64,000 nucleotides of DNA from Camelus dromedarius (GCF_036321535.1 NC_087436.1:89220001-89284000), one strand, 5' to 3'. Positions 1-13,600 are shown, counted from the first letter of the stretch. Notes: generated from the letters alone by a model not told the origin. A program made the numbers and translations.

Positions 1-647
1 TAAGAAAAATCCCCATGGTTCTTTTGTAGTTAAGCCTATAAGATCTTAGCTAGCTCTGGGAATACACTGTGCTAGTCTTTTTAAGCACTCACAGATAAGA
101 TTAGCAAAAAACTGGGGAATGGTAAACACACCTCTGACCAAATCAGTAAAATCACTCATCTCCTCCCCATACCTTATATTTAGCAAACTTCCCTTAAAGG
201 ACTCCTTGAAAAGGACTTGGCTTAGCACTACATGGAAGATGTTTTCTTCTCTTGCATCGTTCTTCCTTGACTCAATAACTGTAGAAGCCCAAAAAGAAAA
301 GAGGGGTTGGGCGATAATGAACAAAGCAAACTGCTAGCCTCTAAATGGTAACTGGAATTGGAAAAATTTTGAGGCTGTGATACCAAAATGTAACAGCGTG
401 ACCTCCAGAGTCCTCCCTACAAGGCATTTTTATAGGACTTCAGAAGATATTTCAGAACCCACATAAACCTTAAACTGGATTGCTTTTTAAAATTTGAAGT
501 GAAATCAAGATATGTTCAAGTGTTTGCTTTGGACAAAATTGTTAAAGGAAAAAAGTTATGGAAAAATTTAATACTTAGACATCAAAAGATGACTTATAAT
601 TCTTACAAGCCAGCATGTTTTATGAAAATGGCAAAAACCAAATCTAG

Positions 648-806
648 GGGGAGGGTGTAGCTCAGTGATAGAGTGTGTGCTTAGCACGCACAAGGTCCTG
701 GGTTCAATCCCCAGTACCTCCACTGGGAAAAAAAAAGATACATAAATAAATCTAATTACCTCCCTCCCCCAGAACAAAACAAAACAAAACAACAAGGACA
801 AAAAAC
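648..806 (+). mobile_element. tRNA-derived SINE, camelid Vic-1-like, long form
   Basis: GGGGAGGGTGTAGCTCAGTGATAGAG (A box) ... GGTTCAATCCC (B box), A-rich tail, perfect 14-bp TSD aaaaccaaatctag at 634-647 and 807-820. Confidence 0.9.
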
Positions 807-3639
807 AAAACCAAATCTAGACATGTGACTCAATCACAGTGCTTTGAGCTGGATACGTCTTAGAGAATGGGGAAATAGACAGCTTTTATCTTCTCTGCCA
901 CGTTTTCTCTCCATCCGGCTATAGTCTTCATGCCTTCTTTTCATAAAACTATTCTCATGAAAATCTGGTATTGGTCAGTGTAAATTGGCACTCTCTCTCT
1001 CTCAGGAGTATTTGGAAGTTAAGCCTTGGAATTAAAAATAGAGTCTATCACTGCACGGATTTCATACCCCAGCAGACTAAGACTGCCTTTGTGTGCCTGA
1101 GTGCGCGTACACAAGTGTCTGTGTGCGCGTAAAACGGTAAGGAGAGGAAATGCAGAGAAGCTGCCCCTGAAACCATCAGGTGTTCATTTACTTTGCTTAT
1201 GTCTGAGGCTGTTATTTACCAACAGATTAAAGCCCGAGTGAAGGGTCTGATTAGCGGTGTTTGATTAGATGAACAATTTTCTCGATGGGTATACTTGGGA
1301 ACTTCTTATGGGAGGAAAGTGAGAAGAATTAGCCTCTCAAGATTCCTTTTAATCAGGGATTAAAACCACCTAAACAATTTTAAATATTTGACCTGTGGTC
1401 TCCGGTCCAAGCATCACTGTGACTTAGTAGACCTGGAAATGCTAAAGCATTTGTCTAATCTTTGCTGTTTGTCTCCGTACGTCCTTCCTGTGCTTCTGAT
1501 TTTGATCTTCAAAATCAGACAGCGAAATCACAACATGCGGCCAGTTGTGAGCAGAGAACACGAGACCACGTGTGTGCCAAGCATGTAACCACAAATCCAG
1601 GCCCGACGTGTTACAACGCTAATTATGTAAGCAGCCAGCTTGGATAACTTAATGTCCTCATAAAGGAGACCACAGTGATTTACCACTTGAATTTAGATGC
1701 ATCTGCTGCCTTTGAACCTCAAAGCCAGACTCAATTTTCTCTTTCTCAGCATCGTCCGCAGCCATGGTTTCAAGAGGAGAGGGCAAAGTGCAGAGAAATC
1801 ATTGAGCTAGTTTTAACCTAGTTGTTTTTGTTTTTATTCTTCAGACCTGTCTAAGGTCCTCTGAGGTCCTTGCTTTCATTTTCTTAACCCCAGAAGGAGC
1901 AAATGGAAAAGGCTCAGAGCAGCATGAAGTGGTTCCAAGAGTAGTGCTGTGAGCATACATTTGTCCTGCTTGGGAGTGAGGTTTTGCCTCCAACCTACGC
2001 TCTGAGGGGGCAGCTGTGATTCTCCATGGGCTGAGGGAGAAATCAATATGCATGGCAATCTGGTGTTGTGCCCAGGGGACCAGGGAGGGAAGATACGCTG
2101 GGTACTGTCAGTGTGTCACAAAGGAGGGTTGCCACCGGCAACCGGGGCACCTCTGTGTTAAATCACTCACTGAGAGGAAGGAATGATGGTTGTTAACAGC
2201 CAAAACAGGCATTGTCGTTTCTTTACATCTCCCTCTTTTCACGTGCTTCAAAAATTCCTCCTCACCCTTCTGCCCTGACCCCATCATCCTCGTATGATGT
2301 GTCTGGGTATTCAGCAAGAAGTGGGTGTGGGGGTGGAGAAGCTTAATAACTAACTGAAATGGTGAAGATCATAGGCTGCCCTGCTCAGATGTAGGGAGAC
2401 ACGGTTAGTGGCATTTGACTAGTGGATCAAAACATCTTACACGTTGAACAACTCCTTGCAAGTTGGAAACAAGCAGGAAGGAAACTGCTTCCTGGAGTGG
2501 GAGGGCAGGAGGTAGATTTTTAGAGTCATTAAATGCCCTGGGGTGGGGAGGCAGAGAAAATAATTTCTCCATAGTTAGAAGTGCTTGGAATAGTTTAGTT
2601 TCTTAAACTACGCAGTCTTCCAAGGAGTTGCTATAGATGACACACTTAAAAGCCTACAGGAACAGCATTTTTCTTCAGGAAAGTCTGCCTACAGGGTGTC
2701 CACATGGGAGGTGGACACAGAAGAGGTCTCATTTCTTTTCTGTTCCAAGCTCTGTGTGCCCACTTCATAGACCCATGACATGTGACCCATTAGAGAGGGG
2801 CTGAGTGCGGCAACCGTGCTCTGGGCCCTTGACACCTTGACACTGGTGCTGATGGACACTCCGGGCTTGTCCTGCTCACATGGGCAGACACCCAACCAGC
2901 CGGCCAGTGTCTGCTTCTTTTTGCAAAGTGGCCAGTTCAGAGGAACTAGTGTTGATAAAGCTCTGAGAATTCCTGAGAGTTCTAAGACAGGATTTTTCCA
3001 TTACTGGGGGAGAGTTATTACTCACACTGGTTAAGAAAGCTTGGGAGACCGCTCTTTGGAAATTAAACGCTGGTGCCATGCAAAGGAAATGACCTGTCTG
3101 AGACAGCCTGTCAATTCTGTGATTATTTTTCCTTTCACTAGCTCTGTTCTCTGAATGTATTCTAATTATCTTGTTTCTCCATAGGAACCAGTTGGTTACT
3201 AAAACAGTTTATGTACTCATGAAACCCAAAGCAGATTATTCACATAGGATGGAAGGGATCTCAAAAATTGGGGTTCCTTATCCATATAAGATTTTCAAAA
3301 AATACTTATTGGATGAATGAAGGCTGGGCCAAGATCTCCAGCACCTAGTTTAAACTCGGGGTGTTGAGGATGGAGAGACTAGAGACAGAGCACTTCTTGT
3401 AGAGGGCATTACATGTTGGATTAGGATGGGGGGACCCTCATTGATTCCTTCAAGGCTGCAGGGATACTCTTCTACACCAGTTAGTCTAAAACAGGATGAA
3501 GCAGAAGATGCTTAAACTCTTCCAAAAGATTGGAACAGACAGGATGGATGGCAAGTATTATATGCCACCAAAAATAAGTATATATGCTATTTTGGGGTTA
3601 GCATTTTTCCTCTTTAATCCATGATCTATTAAGTTTTAG

Positions 3640-3880
3640 CTAGATTATTTTTATTTTTTATAATTTTCATTTATAAAATAATTCATATATTTAAAAATAT
3701 TTGTAACAAATCTAAGCATTTTAAGCATAATAATAAAATATTTATACCCATGACTCAGCTTAAGAAACAGCACATTTCCAATATGGTGGAATACACCTCT
3801 GTGAAAACACTGGTGTTTCCACTGCCTTTTCCTAATAGGTAACCACAGACAGGAGTCTTATTTTACTCATCATTCCATTC
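3640..3880 (-). mobile_element. Old L1 (L1ME-like) 3' fragment
   Basis: T-rich start followed by degenerate L1M 3'UTR-like sequence (actcagcttaagaaacagcacatttcc); boundaries approximate. Confidence 0.5.
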
Positions 3881-4959
3881 TATAGGAAAAAATGACAAAG
3901 AATAAATGGTCTTTTCCTGGCTCTGCATTAAAAAGTGTCCACTTTTCAGTCCACAGAGGCAGTAGTGTCTAAGTAGGCATGTTGTAAACTTTGCCTTCAA
4001 AAGCAGTGAGCGTCCAGAAGCAGACTTAGGTTTACATTTTTTGCAGGTGAAATTTCTCGTTCAACTTTAACAGCTTATAAAAAAATTTTGTATTGGCTCT
4101 TTGGTAAATTCCACTCAAAAGTACAAGATAATGGGCTCTATGAGATTGTTTCCTTTATTATTCCATATTTTCTTATGCTTTAAAAACTTTTCATAATTTC
4201 AGTTTCATACGACTTAGTATATTTAAAAGACATTGTTTGGTTTAAAGCAGGTGATTTCAGACATATTTTAAGGAGAATGACTAGCCATAAAATTCATTCA
4301 AAGTTTAAGAGAAACATATCTCCAATTAAATATCAGTAATCTGTATTTGTTGACATGTAGCATGTCTAATCGCTGTGATCTTTTAAAATTGTAAAACTGG
4401 ATAATGGCTGCACTAGCTGGCTAATACATAATTAACCAGTCTGGCTGCTTGAAATGCAGGTAACAGGGAGAAATTAAGTGCATGCATTATATTAAGCAAA
4501 GTATTTATGTTAAATTAAAGTACTAGAGATGCCTTTCTAAAGATGTGGTTAACATTAGATAAAATCAGCTGAAGTTGTGACTTTAAGTATGTCATATACT
4601 CTTTATTAAAGTAATACATATTCATTGAATAACTATTTCATGGCATTGTGCAAAGCTCTGAGGATTCAGTTGTTTGGAAAGAGCTTTTGAATCCAGGGGT
4701 GACACCTTTATTATTAACGGTATTCATCCAGCAGTCATTCCCATAACGTAAGGTATACATATATAAAAATCTGTTTTGGTTTTTGGCTATAGTAATTGTA
4801 AATGAAGTGTGTCAAAGACAAGCCATTTTGCTATGGAGTGTTGAATGACTTTACTAAAAACAAAAACAGAAAGCTATACTATGATGGATAACCCCTTCCT
4901 AAGCAAAACTCCAAATTCCATCTTCCTTAAGTACAATGGGGATCTATCCAATGTTACGG

Positions 4960-6082
4960 TCTCTCAGATCCTGGATCTCTTCACCAATTATCTTGTCATT
5001 TGCCCTGTCCCAGCCACTCACTGTCAGAGTCACACTCTTGACTGTCACGATCAATAACTCCATTTCAAAAGCAAACATAACACTCTCCAGGTGCCTCCTC
5101 CTATATTTCAATTTGCTCCTTCTTGTACCTTAATTCCAACAAGTCTCTGAGCCCACCAGGACAACAATGCACTGATCCTACCACCTTTTCAGTATGTTTT
5201 TTCACCCATACATGCTCCCTTCCTACTGTGCCCAGTTTAATTTTAAGCTCAGTCATTACAACCACCCCTTCACTACATCTCAAATTCTCTTACCAATCTC
5301 TCTCTTTGTTGCATTACATTGGCTAAAGTATAGCCTTGGTTAAATCTTTATATCTGCCAACCCTGCATCCATCTATATAGTGGAAAATGGATAGAGAAAA
5401 GCAATGACCAAACTGATCAATCTCCTTTAAATTCATAATGACAGAATGCACTTAGTTTGGCTGCCTGATCAATCCTCCTTTACCTTGTCTAGGTACCTTC
5501 CACTTTTTCTGGATGACTCTTTCTTCCTCCTGGCTTATTCTCCTGACATTGAACATCTCCCTCCAGTTCCTACTCTCAGCTGATGACATACCTACCTATT
5601 CACCTAGAAACTAGAAGCCATCGGAAGAGAACTTGCACACACTCTCAGATCATGAACCCCTTCCCACCTGCTTCTGTTCCATAGACTTTATCTTATCTCC
5701 TAACTGCAGATGAGCTATATGTGTCAGCTGCCTAAGACTTGTGCATGGATCCTGGTTCTCCTCACCTAAAACAAGACACTACTGCCTTCTTTCTCCTGCA
5801 TCATCTGCTCTTCCTTCAGTATTGGTTTATTGCCATTTGCAAATAAGCATGCTTCCAGCTACCGTCAATTTCCCTTTCTCTATATTTCTCCTGAACACTT
5901 TTCCTATGTATTATACAAAATACTTCTGTTTTCTTATCTAGTTAAATACATAATACTTGCAATAGAATATAAATGACCCAAAGACAGGGATTTTTGTATC
6001 TTTTGAACCCTGCTTTATCATCAGCATGTGACAGTGACTGAGATAAAATATGCACTAAGTTAATTTGCTGAATGATTGAATA
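4960..6082 (+). mobile_element. LINE-2 (L2a-like) fragment
   Basis: Long C/T-rich degenerate L2-like body ending in the typical L2 3' terminus tttgctgaatgattgaat. Confidence 0.75.
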
Positions 6083-6474
6083 AAAAGGTTGATTCTAATA
6101 GTGATTTCTATGAACCGGACCCATGCTAAATTATTTGCAGAATTTTCTCAGTTCATCAACGCATTGATGTCTTGAAGTAAAAATTCATATCCCCATTTTC
6201 CAAATGAGCAAACTTGGGCTAACAAAAGGAAGAGTATGGCCAAGCTGAAATTCACAGTCAGCACTTTCTAACTCCAGAACTAATAGTCTTACCTACTATA
6301 CTTCAGATGATGTCCAATGGCTGTTGACATTGCCACATTTTATTAAACAAAACTTGCTTAAATTGCACTGTCTCATGATAAGTGTGTTGTTCTCTTCCTG
6401 TCATGCCCATTCCTCTTGTCCATTCAGAAATCTGGAAAAATAGGTGCTTCTTTCTTTTAATGCCAATTTCTACC

Positions 6475-6960
6475 TATATTAGTTTTCTATTGCTCCTGTA
6501 ACAAATTACCAAAAGTGTGGGGGCTTAAAACTGCAAAATTTTAATATCTTATAGTCCTGGAGGTCTGAAATCTGAAACTGGATCTTAAAAGCTAAAATCA
6601 AGGTGTTGTAAGGGCTGTGATCTTCTTGTTTCTAGACGACAATCTGTTTCCTTGTCTTTTCCAGTTTCTAGAGGCCACCCACAACCCTTGGCTAATGACC
6701 ACCTTCTATCTTCAAAGCCAACGATGGCTGGTTGAGACTTTCTTATGCTTCAGCACTCTGATTCTGACCTTCTTGCCTCCCTCTTATAAGGACCCACGTG
6801 TTGCATTGGAGCCACTGAATAATCCAGAATAATCTCCTGCTTCAAGGTTGTTAACTTAATTACATTTACAAATTCCTTTTGCCATATAAAGTAACCTATT
6901 CACAGGTTCTGGGAATTAGAACATGGACATCTTTTGAGGGGCATCATTCAGGCTACCCCA
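6475..6960 (-). mobile_element. MaLR LTR, MLT1C/D-like
   Basis: tatattagttttctattgctcctgtaacaaattacc ... ggacatcttttgaggggcatcattcaggctacccca matches the reverse complement of MLT1 LTR termini. Confidence 0.85.
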
Positions 6961-7880
6961 GCATGCCCTCTCATCCACAAAGATTCATGTTCATTCCAGA
7001 GTTAAAATGGATTACCCCATCTCAAGGTCTCCAAAAGTCTCAAACCATTTCAGCATTAACTCAGTCCAGAATTTCACTGGGGTCTCATCTGCTCAAAAGT
7101 TTATCATTTGGGTAGGAAGGGATAAATTGGGAGTTTGAGGTTTGCAGATATTAACTACTATATATAAAATAGATAAACAACAAGTTTCTTCTGCATAGCC
7201 CAGGGAACTATATTCAGAAATATCTTATAGTAACCTAGAATGAAAAAGAGTATGAAAATGAATATATGTATGTATATATGACTGAAACATTATGCTGTAC
7301 ACCATAAATTGACACATTGTAAACTGACTATTTTTCAATTAAAGAAAAAGTTCATCATCTAATCATCCAAATTGTCTCAATTAGTTATGATCCATCTTTG
7401 ACAAGAAATTCTCTCTGTCTGTAGACCTGTGAAACAAGAAAACATGTTTTCTTGCTCCCAAGATACAGTGGTGGGACATTCATAAGAAACCAGTAATAAA
7501 CATTTTCATTCAAAAAGGGAGAAAATGGAAAGAAACAAGGAGTCACTGGCCCTAAGGAATTTAGAAATACAACCAGGCAAATTCCATTATATTTTAAAGC
7601 CTGGAAATAATCCTCAGTGGCTCCAGGTTCCACAATCTGAATCCAAAGTCCAGACCCAGAATCATCCTTCTGTTACGATGAAAAGTAGCATGTGGTTCCA
7701 TTTGAGTATCAGCTTGTATCTCACCTTAGAATTTTGGGAGCCTCTGTCATTTTGTCCTCTCACTATACCTTTTAGTCCAAGCTGGTGTCATTTCTACTCA
7801 TAAAATTCTTGAAAGTCTTGTAGATCTCTTGTGTATGTCATGGAAATTTACTCCATTAGACAAGAGGCTCCTGTAGACTC
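6961..7880 (-). mobile_element. MLT1 internal sequence adjoining the LTR, interrupted by an L1 fragment
   Basis: Directly abuts the LTR and resembles MaLR-internal sequence (ccaaaagtctcaaaccatttcagcattaactc; tgtagacctgtgaaac); right boundary approximate. Confidence 0.65.
7110..7345 (+). mobile_element. Young 5'-truncated L1 3'UTR inserted in MLT1 internal sequence
   Basis: Same 3'UTR family as the copies at 9.3, 21.4 and 25.2 kb (agataaacaacaag...cagggaacta...gacacattgtaaactgacta); TSD aaaagtt(t/c)atcat at 7095-7107 and 7346-7358. Confidence 0.88.
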
Positions 7881-9265
7881 TGGACTAATTGACCAGGAAG
7901 GATATCAGTTTATGGACTACTTCCTTGAGCCTCCCCCTGCCAGGCAATCTTTCTAATCCCAAGATACCATCTCTCTATGCCTTCTCATGGTATTCAGATT
8001 TATCTGAATGAGAGTCTGGGAAGGGGGAAGAAAGCAGAGTTGAGGTGTGCAGTGATTAAAGTTTATATATGATGACATTTTATATAGGGAAAGATACGCT
8101 TTTACAAAATTTAAGCTTGAGGGTACAGACAGGAACACTGAATAACATACTCTGAATGGAAAAAAATATCACAAGTATTTATACAAATGAAATGCTTCAT
8201 AAGCATTCATAAGATTAGAGGAGGCTTTTATATTGAATGACACCATGCAAATGAACAAAACTGTAAAATGTTCATTTTCCTCTACAAACATGTATTGAAT
8301 ATACATTATGGGCTAGGCATTAGGCTAAGGCTTAGGAATAATAAGATAAACAGAATATGGTTTCACCTCAAGAAGCCATGCATTTCAGTGGGGGAATCAT
8401 AGCTTTTATATTCAGACATATTATAATGTAACTTGGAAAGCACTATGACAGAATTGTGAGCCCAGAGCCTATAACACAACAGCAGCACTACTGAGTCAGC
8501 CTAGGGAAAAGGACAGTTTAGCACTATTTGCCTTCATCAGATTCAGTTGTGAATATTAAGGAAAAACCAACTGTTCTAATGAGCCACTCCATTAGGTCAA
8601 CAAAAATGGGCCAGCAGATGGGGCTTATTTATTGTGCCACATTGCCATTAATGAATTGGGGGCAGAGTGGGAGGGATCAGAGCCCGGAAAATGCAGTTAA
8701 TAAAATGGAGTAATCCAGAAAGTATAAAATCCGACGAACAAATCCACTCAAATGATGCAAAACCAACTAGAGATTAAAAATACATACAGGAAGTCCTAGG
8801 CTTTGCAGCAAAACAAGACTATGTAGAATACAACACATATTTTTTCCACATTTGGTAATGCTAGATGCCTCAGAGAATTCTAGCATTTCTCAGTGATGTC
8901 TGGCCACCTCCCGAGGACATCTAGCTTTTACTGCAGGTTTTTAGAGGAGCCTGGACAAAGAGGTCATAAGGATTGTTCTAACAAACTCTAATTTGCTCCC
9001 CCACATAAGTTACTTAAATCTCACTGTGCCTCAGTTTCTTGTTTGTAACTCAGAAAGTACACACTGAGAGTCTGGGTGAAGCACATAAGGGCTATAAGCA
9101 AGAAGGAATTGTGAACACTGGCTTCAAGGAACTCACATTGCAGTGGGAGTGAAAAAAGAGAAACTAAGAATGGCTCTACAATGTGTTTGCCTGTGTCTAT
9201 GTCTGTTCAAGGATCACTATCTTTAAATGGTAAGTGTACCACATCTTAAAGAATTATAGGTCAAG

Positions 9266-9864
9266 ATACATGCACCCTAATGTTCATAGCAGCACTATAT
9301 ACAATAGCCAAGACATGGAAGCAATCTAAATGTCCATCAACAGATGACTGGATGAAGAAACTGTAGTATATTTATACAATGGAATACTACTCAGCCATAA
9401 AAAACAGTAAAATAATGCCATTTGGAGCAATATGGATGGACAATAGAGATTGTCATTCTAAGTGAAGTAAGCCAGAAAGAGAAAGAAAAATACTTTATAT
9501 CACTCATGTGTGGAATCTAAAAAAAAAAAAAAAAAGACACTATGAACTCATCTACTAAACAGAAACTGACTCTCAGACTTAGTTAACAATCTTATGGTTA
9601 CCAGGGAAAGGGGGGGAGGGGATAAATGTGGGAGTTTGATATTTACAAATATTAGCCACTATGTATAAAAATAGATTTTTTAAGTTTCTTTTGTATAGCA
9701 CAGGGAACTATGCTCCATATCTTGTAATAACCTTTAATGGAAAAAATATGAAAATGAACATATATATGTATATGCAAGACTGGGACATTGTGCTGTACAC
9801 CAGAAATTCAGAAATTGACACATTGTAATTGACTGTACTTCTTAATTAAAAAAAAAAAAAGAAA
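9266..9864 (+). mobile_element. 5'-truncated L1 (ORF2 C-terminus, 3'UTR and poly(A))
   Basis: atgttcatagcagcacta...caatggaatactactcagccataaaaa is the L1 ORF2 end; poly(A) tail; 18-bp TSD aaagaat(t/c)ata(g/a)gtcaag at 9248-9265 and 9865-9882. Confidence 0.92.
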
Positions 9865-10872
9865 AAAGAATCATAAGTCAAGTTCTCACTTCTACCAAAT
9901 CTTCTCTCTTTGGAGTATTCATTGTGTCCTTCAGAAACTCTTGGAAATGTCCTCATTGAGAAGATCTTCAATAAAATATCTTATTAAATGTTTAAGAATA
10001 CACTTCTATTATAACTTTTGAACATTGATGTGCTGGTTTGAATAACACCCACCTGATGACTCATCATGGGAAAAAACAGTATTTGCCATAAGAACTTAGA
10101 ACCCTCAGTGTATTACTAAAATAAAGCAAGCAAAAGGAAAATGGAAGTTTAATAAAACATTTCTGGAATGAAAAGAAGAGATAAAATAAACACAAGTGAT
10201 AGCTTTATGTATTTTCACTCATTTTTAATAACAGAAATGGCAGATGGGAAAGGCAAAACAAGAAGTCTGGCAAAAACATGTACGTATTCTAAACAGATTT
10301 TAGCCAATGAAAAAAATGTAAGCTTGTTAAAAAGAGTATGTATATTATTGTGTGGTCCTTAGGCTGGCAAAAGAAACACATCCCAAATTTGGAATGCATG
10401 GCTCAGGCTGTTTTCTGATTCCAGGCAAGGAGACCATCTGACAAAATGACGTCAATTCTATTCCGCACTGTTAAACTTATGTCCTGGTTTAATCAGTTTG
10501 ACATGAGTTTTACAAGAAATAAAAGCAGTATATTAATGAGCTTGAGAGGAGAGCACCAGAGTCAAAGCACAAGTCACTTTATAGTTAATGAAACTGGTAA
10601 AAATTTAAAGAGAGGCCAAGTGTAGTTTAACGCTGTCATTTTCAAAATAATCATCTGTTGTATCTCATTCCTGAATATTGTGTGTGAAATAATGCATCTT
10701 GCATGGAATTTAGATGATAAAAAGGAGCTACTGACCTTTTCTTGGCCATAAAAATGGCACTCAGGTATCAATCACATTTTACATAATCTTGCCTTGTTGT
10801 TGTCAAATGATGAAAATCTCAACTCTACGATGAAGAATTGTGGAATAGGGCAATAATTTAATTTAAGTCTAC

Positions 10873-10920
10873 TATATATATATGTATGTATATATATATA
10901 TATACATACATATATATATA
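10873..10920. repeat. Interrupted (TA)n microsatellite forming a 48-bp perfect palindrome
   Basis: tatatatatatgtatgtatatatatatatatacatacatatatatata equals its own reverse complement. Confidence 0.95.
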
Positions 10921-10991
10921 CTTCTGTATCTCGTTTGCACAAAGTTGTTATACTGATAAAAGTAGATTTAGACCAAATGCTTTAGGTAGAC

Positions 10992-11332
10992 TGTTACTCC
11001 ATTACGGAAAACACTTAGGTTACTGATTGATTTTAAACAAGCAAGGAAGATTTATTGAAGACTTTTGCAACAGGGAGAGAGGTTGAATGTAACTCCACTG
11101 TAAGAAAATGCGGGAGATTTGTAAAGCCCTGTGGTGAATTGGTGGAAAAGTACTAGAAGAGCTTTTTGGGGAGGTTGTTCAATGTGCTTAGGCCATCTGT
11201 GTTTTCTAATCGGCACTTATGAAAGTTTGGCTCTTATCCTCCCATAGAGACTGGGAGACAAGATCCTTATCTTTCTTGGTGATTACATTTCAAAGAGATG
11301 GCTCCCAGGTCCTTGAGAAAGACATTCCTGGG
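10992..11332 (-). mobile_element. Partial ERV1-class LTR (MER31/MER67-like)
   Basis: Starts tgttact (the ...taaca LTR end on the minus strand), has tttatt (AATAAA on minus), and contains acatttcaaagagatggctcccaggtccttgagaaagacattcctggg, which I recall from this LTR group. Confidence 0.6.
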
Positions 11333-11359
11333 GAGGCGTTTAGATAGCACCTCCAATAA

Positions 11360-11850
11360 AATGTTACGTGTGGACGATCTGTTACCTACTAAGCACTTTA
11401 CATATATGCTTTCTTTTAATTGTCCCACCAAATTTTAGGAGATACTTGATATTAACCCATTTTACAAATGAGGAAATTGAGCCTTAGAGAGATTAAGTAA
11501 ATTGTCAATACTCACAGATTGTATGGAACCTGGCTCTAAATCCCAATTTCTCCATTTGTAAAGCGGGATAACACCACGTGTCTCAGAGAGCTTTGAGGAG
11601 AATTAAGAACTTATGTTTCTTTATGCAATGTTGGCTCCATGTGGATTTCAGACTTCCTTCCTAAATGGTTAGTCATTGGGCTCTGAAGCTTGAGCACCTC
11701 GTTTTGAATTTCTAGCTTCTCTATTTCTTAGTCATGTAAATGTGAGATTATTTAACTGTTTTTAATCTCTTTTTTCTTACCTGTAAATACAAATAAGTCC
11801 GAACAGTACCTTAGAACTTCATTCCATAAAGTTTAGCTATAGTTAATATT
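11360..11850. mobile_element. Cluster of MIR fragments in both orientations
   Basis: MIR core cccattttacaaatgaggaaattgagccttagagagattaagtaa at about 11455-11500, plus reverse-oriented cores downstream. Confidence 0.7.
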
Positions 11851-13600
11851 GATATGGTCTTTTGACTATTAAATCCATTATTAATTTCACATTCCTCAAT
11901 TGTGATTTAAAAAAAAATACAATAAAATGAATATATTGCAGAATTTTCTTTGTGGGACCACATGGATAATTGGAGAGTATAATCTTTTATTCCAAGGTGT
12001 TTATAATTTACATGGAAGGAGAAACATAACACTTTTAATTATAAATAAGTAATTCAAAACTGCCATATATCTTTAAAAATGTTATTTCAAGATGGAATTT
12101 GTTTTGCTTTACTTTGTAAGCATTTAAATTTATTTTAATTGAGAAGCCACCTGAAATCTTTTTGGAAACAGGTAGTATGAACATCTTAAACAATTAATGA
12201 TATAATAAAGAAAAAATATATAATAACTAGTAATTAAATTATAGAGTGGAATGCATTTTGAAATCTTCTTTTAAATTTTTTCTACTCTGTTCAAATTTGA
12301 GTAGGACTAAATTGCTTTTCCTCTTTTTCACAAAAGAATATATTCACTCTACTTGGAATTCAGGTGATTCAAACGCCTTGAAAATGGTTGCAGTAACTTT
12401 CAAAAGCTCATATAGAGGAATAATCATCAGTACAAATACTACACTCCTTAGTGCAGACAAATTTTGGTTTTCACACCATTTCCCATCAGGCTGTCAGGGA
12501 AATAGGTATTAAAGACACAAGGACCCAGTGTCTCTCTTTTAAGAATGTCTCTCAAACATAAAATTACCTCTTATGATTCTGGTTTGTTAATGCTTGAGCC
12601 TTAAAAAGAAAAGGAAAAAAAAAAAAAAAGGATCTGAGTACAACAACAACAAAAAGAATGTGGATTACAGCTTGGTAATAGGATAGGTTCATTGAATGAC
12701 TAATTTATATGCTTAAAGTCTGTAAATAACTATATGTCACACTTTGTGATTTTTCAGTTGTGAATCAGCATTCTCTCTATGTGATTGGAGATCTCCTTGC
12801 ATTTTTGGTTTGGGTATTCATTTAAATTCCTGAACTTAAGCTTTGCTATTAATTTGATAGTTAAACTAGTTTGTCTGTTGCATTTTTAGCTTCGCTCAGG
12901 ACAGTGATCCTTTCTCTTTTTTTCACCGAAACATTCAAATATATAATACCCTAACATAAGCCTCCAACTCCTCTGCTTCCTGGCTCTTTCCTAACTTTTT
13001 TTTTTTTTCCTGTCATGGCCAGTCTCCTTAAAAGACTAGACTTAATTTCCTTCAAAGTATTCTTTCACTTCCACTACCTGACTGAAAACATTCTCATCTA
13101 AGGGTGTTAATAACTTACTAATTATCAAATCCATTGATATTCTTTTGAGTCTCATTCTGCTTGGTTTTCATTTAGGTATTTAGCAAATATTTATGATGTA
13201 TGGCTCTGCACCGTGAACCATGTGTTTCACTAATCACTGACAGTGACTGAAATTGGTGTATAAGGAAAAAGTGAGCTCTGGCACTTATGGGGGTTATGAG
13301 ACAGTTAGAAGGGCAAAATAAAAGTGGGGGATCTATTTTAGGTAAGATGATCATTTCTGAGGGAGTGACATTTGAGCTGAAAACTGAAAGATGAAATCCA
13401 CTGAGTGATGCGGGGAAAGTGGTATCCCAGAAACGGAACAGGAAAAAGGGCCCTGAGGTGTGGAAGAGCTAGGCAATTTGGATCAACTGCAAGAAGAAAA
13501 TCTGGGGGAGCATTTATCTTCCTTGTCCTTGTTAAGTCTTGTTAACATCAGTTTAGTGACATAGCCCTCTGTTGGTTCTCTGACTCTCTGATCATCTTTT

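Noticed and set aside
648..722. Possible tRNA gene (A and B boxes)
   Set aside because: Followed by a SINE body, A-rich tail and TSD, with two more degenerate copies in the window; it is a SINE head.
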